DNA of 64,000 nucleotides from Gordius albopunctatus (Eukaryota): NCBI GenBank assembly GCA_964276515.1, contig OZ193910.1, positions 1,054,001 to 1,118,000 of the forward strand, read 5' to 3'. Shown piece by piece: positions 34,197 to 46,864 of this stretch (position 1 is its first letter; each line of letters starts with the position of its first letter). The notes under the pieces were generated by a model. It saw only the letters and a program-made list of their open reading frames with translations, ran no database searches and was not told where the DNA came from. The position numbers and the translations under genes were made by a program.

Positions 34197-37100
34197 TCAA
34201 ACATAACAATATTTTTGAGTTGATATTATGTAACGTTGGAGTTGTGCTGAATAAACTTAATTACACCACATCATAGTATGTATGTATACTTCTTTCCCTT
34301 TCAAAAACTGATTTTTTGTTAAGAAGCTGCTTACCAAAAGTTATTATAATATTTAATTCCCCCTACCCAGCCAAATGATGATATTACTAACTTAAAGACA
34401 TTTTATATTATCCATCGTCGTAGGTTAAACATTAAATTTGTACAAAATAAAAGATGACGCTAAATTTGATGGGCACAATTTTCGCAGACATTTTTCCATG
34501 TTACTCATCCTAATTTATAGAAAATCAAAGGCATTTTTATTTGCTATGCAATTTGGTTCTTTTTATCATTGATTTAAGGCAAAATGATCAAATACAGTAA
34601 AAATCTTCGGTACTTTACATAAACTACACTTTTACACAAAAAAGGTTTGCTAAGTATGCTGAGTGCAAAAATTAAATAGTTTAATATGCCATATTGTATA
34701 CAATAAAACTTGAGTGGAGTTCAATATAAACCTCATTGATAACCGAATTCATAACAATGGCAGGCATCAAATGTCATGCTATTCTAATCTTAATAAACTT
34801 AAAATCTTAACAGTGCAACCTTAAACGTAGATATCCCCAATGATGTTCTAACCAGCATAGACAAATTTAGGATGTTACAACTTTATCATACACAATGCTT
34901 AGGTATATTCACCTAATTTATATAATTATTAATTATTAGATACGGTATTAAACTAAAGGAGTTCCCTTTTAACGTTTGTAATACTCTCTGGCTTAGGATA
35001 TTTTGGCTATCTGTGTGTGATTTAAAAAGTTCTGTTGTGAATTTCTTGATGGGAAATTTGTGCTTTCCATAGGGAGCCTGAGCTGAGAGCTGCATGTTTT
35101 GACAAAGTTGCAAACTTCCCATATTTTAGAAATTACAAAAAATTAAGGTTTTTTCCACACGAGGAATCTAAAATAAGGATTCTGAAAAAGACATAATCTA
35201 ATACAGATTTATTTCAATACATATTTTTACCCTGAAAATCAATAACGTAATTTCTTTAACAATACTGAAATTGGAAAGCTTTCGTTTAAATACATAAAAC
35301 TGTAATAGTTTAAAATATTTTTAGTATATTATAAAAAGAAGTGGTTTGTATTTCGCTCTTATTAGAGCTCATCAGTATGCCATCATAGTTAATTTTCTAG
35401 TCACATAGTAAGCGAGATAGGTGTTATATATAAGGCACAAAATAGATTTAAAAGTTCTTCTTTTTTAAATAATAATTTTGGAAAAAATATTTTATTCAAG
35501 TCCAAATTTCATCTACTTCCCCATGATTTCTATTATCAATTGTAATTAATATTATATTGTTTGGAATGAAAAATGAAAGTTCTACCATACAATTGTTTTT
35601 AAAAACTATATAGCTGATTTAGTTTTGTATAAAAAAAGCTTGACTGTATATAAAAAATGTTTATTAAATATAATATTTAAAAAATGAACTGAACTATGAA
35701 CTAGTTTATTTTTTTTTAGCAGTATTATATCATTTTTTATTTTTGTAAAGAGAATTACATATTTTGTGAAGGTAAGATAAATAAATTTAAAAATTAAGAA
35801 TCGTAGATATTGGGAAGACATTCGGTTATGGCTAATGAATTATATTTACAGATAGTTATGCCGATTTTCTGTCTTCAGCCGGGGCTCTGGAAATTTCAAA
35901 ATACTCAGATATTAACAATACTACTATAATGTTTTGTCCCATTGCGATGACTACCCTAACAACCCTTGGCCCCCTAGCCTTACAACTTTTTAAAAAAATA
36001 AGGAAACAAATTTCATTGCTATTTCAAATGTAAATTGAATTCAACTTTTATAGCTAAAGTATACTTTGTTAACAAAGTATCTATGAATCATACAAATTCG
36101 TAGAAATAAAGTGAATATTTAAAGCGAATATATGATGAACTCGAGTTCATTTTAGGCAGGTTCCTTGTTTTGGCAAAACTTGTTATCTATGAATCATATA
36201 ATTTAGTAAAAACAAATTAAACATTAATAAAGATTATATATGATGAACTCAAGTTCATTGTACCTAGGAACCTTGTTTTTCCCAAAATTTGTTATTTATG
36301 TATTATATAAATTAATAGAAACAAATTAATGAATAGAGAATACAAAATGAACTCGGGTTCAATGTTGCAGTTAGCTTGTTATTGCAAAACATGGCTTTGA
36401 TATTAATCGAATACCGAGAAATAGGGTAATTATAACATATATGTTCACTATCTTATAGCTCTTGGTCTTGTTATTGTTTTTCAAACACGAAAACACGAAA
36501 ACGCTCAACTTTATAAAATAAAATGTTATAAGATCGTTTTGCAAAGTACATCACGTACCTTTCGCCTTATTCAGTTTTAATACTAACACATTCATTAATA
36601 ACCTTTCCTATTTTAGGTTCAGTTCTTTATAAATATCCTTCTTGTGTATATGATTACATATGAATAGCAATGAATTAAGCACATGAATATATAAATTAAT
36701 TAATAAAATTTATAAATTTGGGTAAAATGTAAAAATAGTGGCCGCCGGATACTTATCTAAGCGGATAAAGGGACTATGATGATAAAGGCAGCGATGGCTT
36801 AACTGGGGCGAGGGTCAATGTAGTTAGAGCCTTGCACGGTTCGCTCAAGGCCCGAAAAATAATCGGGCCTAATGGGCCAACCCGACTTGCGGTTTTAGCC
36901 CGGCCCAAACCAACTCGAATGAGGAACCAATGTAACTTTTATGCTTCAAAAAGTGTTCATAGAAAATTAAATTTTTAAATTTTATTTACAAAAGAGGCTT
37001 GTCAAATAAGCTCACATAACGCATGTCTTTTCTGGATATATATGGTACAATAGGGTAATTTTCCGAACCTTGGTTCAATTTCCTTGTAATTTCCCTTTAT

Positions 37101-40100
37101 TTTATTATAATAATATTTCAAATATTTCATTTTTAAAGAATGTTTCACTATATTTTGAAGCTATTTAATATTCAATTCATATTGGCGCTTAAATCATTTG
37201 TTTTTTTTTCGATTTCATAATCAGTAATTAAGTTAATTAGCTTATCATGTCTAATTAGAGCCCCAGCCCGACCCGGGTCAGGCCGCGTTCGGGCAGAATT
37301 TGATAAAATTCGGGTCTCGGGCTCGGAATAAGTATTTAAAACTGTAATAAATCTATTTAATTAATAATAAATATTCCTTTTTCATTAAGTTAATATTTAT
37401 TTTCATAATATAAAATTTTTTTTTCACATCACAAACTCTCTTTCAGCTGACCCAAATTCTTTCATATATTTCCTATTGCTAGGTACCAATTATTTAGCCA
37501 AATAAGTACTAAGCCAAAGCAACGCTTGGCCGGGCACAGCTAGTATTTTATAAAGTTAGATTTTAGTTTAAAATTATTAGATGAATAAATTTAGTGAAAA
37601 TGGATTTCTTACAAGCTTATTCTTGTAAATTGAGATTAATAACATTCTAATGCATTTTATATTTGGATGGTGAAATAGATATCAAAAATATAATTTTTTT
37701 AAAATTTTATTTGAAAATTCGGGTCGGGCTCGGGTCGGGCTCAAAAATAAAAAGTTTTTCGGGCTTGGGGGATTGGTGAAAAGGCAATGACTAGATTGCA
37801 ATCCTGGTTGGCGTCGCATGAAGGTAAGCGAGGGACCGCGACATTAAACTTGCATCCAAATCTATTTGGGCATAGAATTGTAGGATATTAACTCCTAAAT
37901 TGACATTGTCATTCCATAGTGACAAGGCTTGATTGATGAAATGATTGAGTGAGAAATGGATTGTTTAAAAGATAGGGAGGAAGAGATAAAAGTGGCTAAG
38001 GAAATCGCAGTTGGTTGGAGACCACAAGATTTTGTAAGAAGAGTGGCTTGAAGCCAAGTATTTCTGCAAAAAGATCAACTGAAAAGCAATTCGAGCCTGG
38101 ATTTAGAAAGCTTTGATAATTTTGTAAATATTTTAAATAAGAAAGCTTGCGGGGAATGGAGACAAAATAAAATTTTGCTTAAGTTGTAAGAATTTTTTAT
38201 AATTGGAAGTAATGGTGAGAGGGCATATATTCAAAAATTTCTTATTTGGTTTTAAAAATGGAAAGTTTTTCGTCTAAAAAGTTTCTAAAATACTCGAGTG
38301 TCCCGATAGGTGCGCCTAAAACATACATGTCATCTTTTTTTAATTTGGGCAAAGTTAAAGAACTTTGAGTGAATAATATCCAAGTCAGTATAAATTTCAC
38401 TTTTTGAGGGTTTAAAGATAAGTTTAAATTGGGATAATAATGAAATACATCTACGGCTTGAATCAGGTTTTCAGGAGTGCTGACAAGAGGGGCATCATTT
38501 AGTTCTACCCAACATTAAGGGTGAGTTTAAAAAGTTTTTTAATCTCATTAATTACGTTATTTATAGCCAAACATAATAAATGGGGGGGGGGGCTATGGGG
38601 TCGCCATGTTGGATCCTCTTATTCAAGGAAGAATTCTCCGAATTTCAGCATCGAAGGGCGTCACTGACTTAAAATGATGTACTACTTGGTTTAATGCGGA
38701 AATAGCTTGAAAATCATTGATGAATGCTGTTCGAGGAATGCTATTAAAATAATTTTAAAAATCCAGTTTAGGAGTCAGCCAGAGTGGTGAGGTGTTGCAG
38801 GGCTAAGCGTGCGCCATGGGTAGCTATCTCGCACCCTCATAGGGCTTTAAAGCCTAGTTGATGCGGAATAAATGGCCGGGTGATGATAGCTTAGAATATG
38901 TTTTATACAAGGTCGCGGCGCTTTCATCAAATATTTACATTAGTTTATCCAGAAATGTTATCTCTCTCATTCGTCATGTATAGCTGCATGTAAGGTATTA
39001 TATTTTTTGTTAAAATGCACTCAACAACAAAACGTTATTAAAGAATCTGTTGAAAGCTCAATATATCGTCTTCAATTGTTTTATACTATGTTATAATTGT
39101 TTTATGAATCCCACCGGAGAGTAGCACGTAAATGTTAGGCCAAAACATTTTTGTCACCTTATTCTTCAATTCCTTTATTTAGTGAATTGCCTCCTTTCGA
39201 AAATAGCTTAAGCGCTTTCCAAATATTTTACTTATCGAGGATATGTAGGTAAACTGATTTTGCTGCCATCTTCTATAAGCTAATCATTAGCAAGCACTAC
39301 TAAGCTATTAATTAATATCCAATTTTTTTACGTATATTTATAACTAGGTTCAAGGAATAATCTATAATTTTAATGAATCGATGCAATGGCAATCAAAAAC
39401 ATACATAATATTTGTATTTGCTTCTAGCTTTGGATTAAAATTCTACGACCATGGGGGTAGGCAACTTTGGAATTATATAATTGGAGAATGAACATTTCAA
39501 TTGGATGGACAGCTTGTAACTGGGATGACAATTCCTAATATAGAAAAACGCGAATATGTATACCTACTAATAATTCATTAAGACTTAAATTGGATGTCGG
39601 CCGCCTCGTATCAACTGACACATAACTTTAAAAATTAATTAGGGGAGACTGGGGCAAGTGGTAGCCCGGGGTTACTATTATATTTTTGCTTATTTTTTAA
39701 AATAATAATGATATTAAATCAAAATTTAAACTAAATGTGTATTTTTCCATAAGGTAAAAGTAAAAAAATTTTTGTTTCGAAAAAATAAAATTTAAAATTT
39801 TTATAGAACAAAAAACGCTTTTTCGGGGCTATTAGTAGCCTTGACAAATTTTTTTATTTTGGACATAAAATTTTAATTTAACTCTTATCTTATATGTAAA
39901 GGGAGATTTTTTATATAAAAACCATCTAATGATTAAATTTTTATATGCAATATAACATCTTAATTTATTGATTGTTTATGAAAAGATGGGTCGGGGCTAG
40001 TCGGAGAGGTGGCTATTGCTAGCCATTTTTCATTGTGTCTTACAAATGACAAGATTTAAAAAACAAAAATCTTGTTTATAATTCAACTTACTGTAATTAG

Positions 40101-41584
40101 GAATATAAATATGATTATACTTTAAAAAAATGACTAAAACCTTTTTTACATAGCAGAAAATGTCTTTTAGATGTACTTAAGTCAGATTGTCATCTTGACC
40201 CTTTTTTATTTGTTTTATATAAAATACAGTCATATTACTTTTGCAGTTTCTACATTTTTTTTATAATGAAACAATCTTTTTATCGATTTGAGTTAGCCTT
40301 AGCATACACTACACTAATAAGAAGTGAAAACGTCAGAGTTAATCTATCGGCTATGACTAGCCCCGGGCATTTTTTAAATTTTTTGGATTTTTTTTTTTTT
40401 TTTAAAACTTAATTTGTGAGAAATCTATTAATTATTTCCCTCCAAATTTCTTTCCTATAGTAAAAATAGACCTTAAAAATATATCCCAACAAAAAAGTTG
40501 GAAAAATAATTTTTAGTTTTTTTTGAAACGCGTTTTAATTTTTTATGGCTAGAGTAGCCCCGGTCTCCCCTAACTGTTAGTAAATATTATACATATTCTA
40601 CCACCAAAATCGCTAACAATTCTTGTAAGTTGGATTTAAAATAACTAATAGTATATATATAAATATATCTAGGAAACTGTTTACTTTTTTAATTTCAATA
40701 TATAAGAGCTTTACAACTCTTAATTTAAATATCAGGCTCAAAGTGTAGGTCTTTTCAGTCTAATATCACAACTTCATCTTTTGAAAAAGGCGTGGCAGGT
40801 CGAAAATTGGTAGGATAGCGGTTAAAAATTTAGAGATAAAATCCTTTAACCTTATTTAAAATAGCAATGATGACTTATAAATATAAAATTTGACAAAGAA
40901 CACAATTGATAACATTCTTTGCATTAAGTTGTGTGGACTTTACCCGTATTTAACTCTTTTAGAAAAATAAATTATACATTGAAAATGAATAACAGCCCCC
41001 CCCCATATCCCTATTACTCAAAATAAAAATAGGTGATGGGAAACACAAACTAGCTACTTTCATTTTTATCACTTGTCTTTCCTGCAACAACTTTGAGTTT
41101 CTATTATATGAGAAAATGTAAAAATTTTAGACATTTTTTAGTATGCCACATAAACGTTTGAAAAAATAACTAATTTTATCTTGACAAAATACTAATGTTA
41201 GAGTTAACATAGTTATCATTTGATGAGGCAGAAGGACTAGTTTTTAGCAATTATATTACAAATTAATGTTTTTAAACGATGCCAAAAATTAACATCTATT
41301 TCATCACTGTATCATCTCACTTTTAAAATGTTTGTATTATTCATCTGCTAGTTGTAGTTACATTATCGTTCAAACATTTTATTAAATCAATCTACGATGG
41401 AGTTATAGTAAACATAAGGAATCCTCTCCTCCTATCACAGCCTGCCAACAACTATATTTAGGTTGGGCCACGTTGTTTGTTTTCCTTTTCATTGAGCCAA
41501 TGAGGAAAAGGCTATTATTACAAAATAACATTCATCCTAACTTCCTCAAATATTTTATAATATCATTAATTTAATTTATTCATA

Positions 41585-42863
41585 ATGAAACAACTATATC
41601 ACGTATTCATTGCGTTTCTAATATTTAGTATTGCTTTCGAAGGCTACAACTTTTGCTGTCCAGTATATAATGAAGTAAACCTTGTTCTATACCTGTTCAC
41701 ATTAAGGAAAAATATATATTAATAATCATAACAATTTTATGTTTAAAATTCAAAGAATATTGTTTAGATCAATTGATAAATGTAATTTTAGGGTTCACCA
41801 AAAGTTTCTCTTGACTTAAACGGGACTATTGCTCTACCTGTAATGAATGCAACCTACGCACTATACATGATCGGAGGTGAGATGCCATTCCTCAAAATTT
41901 TATATTTTTTTAATTTTATTTCATTCTCTCTTAATTAAGTTGCCTTTATATTTTAAGTTATTCCTCTCAAGATTTAGTTAGAATCCTAAGATTGAAGAAT
42001 TTTAGTTTGCGTTTTTAATAAGATCAATGAAATGGTATTAGGCGATATATATCTAAATTGTTTTACCACAAGACCTAGCTACCGCTTAATGGAATTTTCT
42101 GTTTAATGTGTTTAAATTTGAATCCTTTCGCTAAGAAATATTACTTTTTGTTAAATAATATAGTATAAGGCTTACTTACGCCTATATATAATCAATACTA
42201 TGATTGAAAAGTTGACATTTTTATGTAGAGTATGAGAAGGATAAATTTAATAGTTATGGTGTATTCTACAAGTCCGATGAAAATTCGAAATACGAAGCTC
42301 TAACAAGGAAGGATTATGAATTTATACCAGGTAGCCATTGCAAATTTGTCATATTACACAAATAAAAAGCTACATATGGTTATAAAAAGATGACGTGTTA
42401 ATAAATTAAATAATTATATAAATTAATTTTTTAACGTAGTGGAGAGAAGTTAGGAATTTTGTGTGCCTTAGATTCTTATTTGACTCTGTTTGTACAATAA
42501 TGTTTAATGATTCGGTTAATCTTATATAAAAAATCTTCACAACGAATTTCTTGCATTTTATTTTTAAATAAATTTAATTGAGATAATAACAACACATATA
42601 TTATGTGTTATTAAAGGGAAAACATATTTGGCTATGCAATGGAAACTCACTAATCCTTTACAACAAGACTGGATCCCCACTTTCAAGTAAATAAGTTTTG
42701 ATGTTATTGAACAACGTTTCAATTTAGCACATCTTTATACGAAGGTCATGAACGGTTTGAAATGACGAAAAAAGGTCTGGGTGATAATGGGTGGAATTCA
42801 TTGCTTTGTGCTAAATTTTCAGTTAGCCATCAATGTCAATCATATAGACTTCATATTGGTTAA
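41585..42863 (+). CDS. Uncharacterised small secreted protein, copy 2 (variant)
   Basis: Exons 41585-41674, 41792-41876, 42229-42330, 42617-42686, 42728-42863. Differs from copy 1 by N62K, V66N, K76E, F88Y, K89E and I119L. Confidence 0.7.
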
Positions 42864-44359
42864 TCAAACATAACAATATTTTTGAGTTGATATTATGTAA
42901 CGTTGGAGTTGTGCTGAATAAACTTAATTACACCACATCATAGTATGTATGTATACTTCTTTCCCTTTCAAAAACTGATTTTTTGTTAAGAAGCTGCTTA
43001 CCAAAAGTTATTATAATATTTAATTCCCCCTACCCAGCCAAATGATGATATTACTAACTTAAAGACATTTTATATTATCCATCGTCGTAGGTTAAACATT
43101 AAATTTGTACAAAATAAAAGATGACGCTAAATTTGATGGGCACAATTTTCGCAGACATTTTTCCATGTTACTCATCCTAATTTATAGAAAATCAAAGGCA
43201 TTTTTATTTGCTATGCAATTTGGTTCTTTTTATCATTGATTTAAGGCAAAATGATCAAATACAGTAAAAATCTTCGGTACTTTACATAAACTACACTTTT
43301 ACACAAAAAAGGTTTGCTAAGTATGCTGAGTGCAAAAATTAAATAGTTTAATATGCCATATTGTATACAATAAAACTTGAGTGGAGTTCAATATAAACCT
43401 CATTGATAACCGAATTCATAACAATGGCAGGCATCAAATGTCATGCTATTCTAATCTTAATAAACTTAAAATCTTAACAGTGCAACCTTAAACGTAGATA
43501 TCCCCAATGATGTTCTAACCAGCATAGACAAATTTAGGATGTTACAACTTTATCATACACAATGCTTAGGTATATTCACCTAATTTATATAATTATTAAT
43601 TATTAGATACGGTATTAAACTAAAGGAGTTCCCTTTTAACGTTTGTAATACTCTCTGGCTTAGGATATTTTGGCTATCTGTGTGTGATTTAAAAAGTTCT
43701 GTTGTGAATTTCTTGATGGGAAATTTGTGCTTTCCATAGGGAGCCTGAGCTGAGAGCTGCATGTTTTGACAAAGTTGCAAACTTCCCATATTTTAGAAAT
43801 TACAAAAAATTAAGGTTTTTTCCACACGAGGAATCTAAAATAAGGATTCTGAAAAAGACATAATCTAATACAGATTTATTTCAATACATATTTTTACCCT
43901 GAAAATCAATAACGTAATTTCTTTAACAATACTGAAATTGGAAAGCTTTCGTTTAAATACATAAAACTGTAATAGTTTAAAATATTTTTAGTATATTATA
44001 AAAAGAAGTGGTTTGTATAAATAATACTGATGCTAGTGAAATCATCTGAAGAATTTTTTTAAATAGTGCTTACTTAATGAATTTAGGCCATTTATAGATC
44101 GCTCGATTATTAGTTTAAGGTAGCACCTCTCTCATTATAAAATGGAGCAAATATCTTTTTGCAACACTTATAAGACTGATAAAAACTAGAGTTAAATGTG
44201 TTCAAAAAAGGATATTTCTTTAGAATATAAGCTTTTAAGGGTCTTGAGCAGTATTGTAGCTCAATCAGAGATACTAATTGGTTTTGGGGGCAATAGGTGC
44301 TTATCGATGTAATTAGTAATAAAAAAATAACTATAACCGCAAGGTTGAAAATTTTAAAA

Positions 44360-45113
44360 TACCTTCGGGTCGGGTCGGGTTGAAGGTTATAAATCTTATA
44401 TTGCATAACAAACATATCTTTCAAATTAATGCTATTACATATAAAACATTTTTTAATTAATATCGAAATGTATCATTAATTAATCTCATTCATTCATTTT
44501 GTATCTGGCCAATTTCAAACTCTACATAGGTAAAATATATAATAACTATAATATTTATTATTAATTAAGTGAATTATTATGGATCCACATAAATTACAGA
44601 AGCTGATTGACAATAAAATCTTTAGAGTGGAAAAGAATTTGGTTGGTAAATCCAAGGTTTGGCAATTATTCCATTTCATATATGACGAAAATGACAAGAT
44701 AATAGACTTTGTTAGATGCTCAACCTCTTTTCGTGTCTGGTCGTTTTTGGGTTGAAAAATTTTTAAACGCTATGGGTCGGGTCGGGTTCGGGTTGAAAAA
44801 TTAAAAACGCTTTCGGGTCGGGTCGGTTCGGGTGGAAAAATTAAAAACGCTTTCGGTTCGGGTTCGGGTTGAAAAATTAAAAAAGCTTTCGGGTCGGGTT
44901 CGGGTGGAAAAATTAAAAACGCTTTCCGGTCGGGTTCGGGTGGAAAAATTACAAACGCTTTCGGGTTGGGTTCGGGTTGAAAAATTAAAAACGCTTTCGG
45001 GTCGGGTTCGGGTTGAAAAATTAAAAACGCTTTCGGGTCGGGTTCGGGTTGAAAAACTAAAAACACTTTCGGGTCGGGTTCGGGTTGAAAAAATGTGACT
45101 TTGCAGGGCTCTA
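44360..45113 (+). mobile_element. hobo/Hermes-like hAT deletion derivative with an expanded subterminal array
   Basis: Truncated BED-finger N-terminus from ATG 44579 (MDPHKLQKLIDNKIFRVEKNLVGKSKVWQLFHFIYDENDKIIDFVRC); right TIR TGCAGGGCTCTA; left end not found. Confidence 0.65.
44749..45093. repeat. 36-bp minisatellite, ~9 copies
   Basis: Unit TCGGGTCGGGTTCGGGTTGAAAAATTAAAAACGCTT; it produces the repetitive ORFs at 44770-45196. Confidence 0.92.
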
Positions 45114-45373
45114 CCTCCTATATTTAGGTAGTAAAAAATCGTTAGACCAATAATCAAGCACTCTAAACAGTTTTTCTTATTCAAAGTTAAAAACATAATT
45201 AAAATGATGAAGTATAGAAAGCGGATAAAATGACAAACCTGCTAGAAAAAACTGGCCAGCTGTCGAAAAGGAATTTTAAACAAATTAGTGAAAAATAAAT
45301 AAAGTTAAAGGCTATTGTTGGCTTACACGGTCCGGACCCTGTTTATTTCGCCAAGGCGGATAATTTAGAAGTA

Positions 45374-46864
45374 GGGGAGACCGGGGCTATTCCTTTACCG
45401 GGGCTATACACGTCCTCTCAATTAATTTTGTCATTTATGCTTATTTTGACCTCAAATTTTAATCTTAAATGTACTTTATTAAGGCACATATTAGGCACAA
45501 AAAATATTTGGGTTAACTTTTGTTACAAAAAAATTATGCAGAAAATAAGATTTTTCGGGGCTAAAACGTCCTTTTTTAAATTTTCGAATTTTGTCCATTA
45601 TTCACAAATTAATTGTTCCGCCAACTTTAAACATATACTAAAGTAATAAGTATTGACTCTTTTACTATATTTATGTGTAAATTTATAAATTTGACGAGTT
45701 TAATCAGCTATAAAAACAACTTAAAGTGCAATGATCATGCTGGGGCTATCGCGGCCGGGGCTATCGTTTCCCTTTCACTCATTCATTATTTAATATGGTG
45801 CAATAATTCTATATCTTAATTCCATTTTTGATAATTATCCACTTAATATGACATTTTGGTATCAATAAAGCATTTAAATCATTGATTCTAAAACAAAAAT
45901 CTTAGGAAAGGCACTTTTTTAAATCATTTTATAAAGCTTTATATTAATAGGTTATAAACTTTTTAGTATTTTTACAATTTAAGCAAACTCCCTTAAGTCA
46001 TTAATTTTAACATAAAAAGCACAAATATCTGATAATAAAATTATTATTTGAAACTTTATAAAGCCTGTATAAACTTATGTTTCTGCAATTTATGCCATGC
46101 ACTTAGTCTATATCATTTACAGTTTAATTTATCAATGCCTAATTCATGGGTAGAATATGAATAAGCAGGTGCTGATTGGTTTTCATCTTTTATTAAAAGA
46201 CCTGATTTTATTAAGGACTCCAGTATGCAATAAATTTAAACTTTAATTCCATTTCATGATTGTCAAGTTTATGTGACACTTTTATATTAATAAAACATTA
46301 AAATCAATGATTTCAACTTAATAATCTCTGTAAAAACACATTTACCTTATATTCTGTTTATGAAGCTTTATAAGCTATAAAAGAAAAACGTAATATTTAA
46401 CAATATTATAAATTATCATGTGAAACTTTATATTATAAGCTATAAAAGACAAACTTAATATTTAACAATATTATAAAATATCATATGAAACTTTATAAGC
46501 TATAAAAGACAAACTTTTAATATCTAGCAATATTATAAATAGCAATATTATAATTTATTATATGAAACTTTATAGCTTTAAAAAACAAATTTATAATATT
46601 ATAGCAATTATAAATTATTGTATGAAACTATATATGTTATGAAAGATAAACTTTTACTATTTTAGAAATTATAAATTATTATATGATACTTGATATACTA
46701 CAAAAGACAAACTTTTAATATTTAAGCACATCACATAAGTTATTTATACTATTTAAACTTTAAATTATAGAGGACACCTTAGCCCCTTTTGAAGGTCACC
46801 TTAACCCCGGTCATTTTTCGAAGTTATACGAGTTGTCTTTTTTTTGAAACCTTTCTATAAAAAA
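45374..46864. mobile_element. pogo/Tc1-mariner-like non-autonomous element, right end cut by the outer duplication junction
   Basis: TA|GGGGAGACCGGGGCTA left TIR related to the 30975 element; subterminal TTAGCCCC/TTAACCCCGG at ~46780-46810, but no right TIR before the junction. Confidence 0.7.
46360..46725. repeat. AT-rich ~60-bp diverged tandem repeat (~6 copies)
   Basis: Recurrent ATGAAACTTTATA-AGCTATAAAAGACAAACTT-AATATTTAACAATATTATAAATT. Confidence 0.75.

Larger units (their letters stand above)
26681..44017. repeat. Inner tandem duplication, period ~8.67 kb (A1 26681-35350, A2 35351-44017)
   Basis: TTTCGCTCTTATTAGAGCTC at 26681 and 35351; near-identical through GTGGTTTGTA. Confidence 0.95.

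Noticed and set aside
33897..35122. Minus-strand ORFs 33897-34082 and 34913-35122
   Set aside because: The first is antisense to exons 4-5 of the secreted gene; neither has a recognisable motif or splice context.
32300..35130. Minus-strand NACHT/NWD-like pseudogene suggested by scattered peptides (e.g. LFNNIKTYLLESGDPVLL, YGKHKFP)
   Set aside because: Matches are weak and full of stops, and they overlap a clean, phase-consistent plus-strand gene.
44749..45093. CRISPR-like array or repetitive protein (FQPEPDPKA)n
   Set aside because: No unique spacers, eukaryotic context, and the ORFs are by-products of a 36-bp minisatellite open in several frames.
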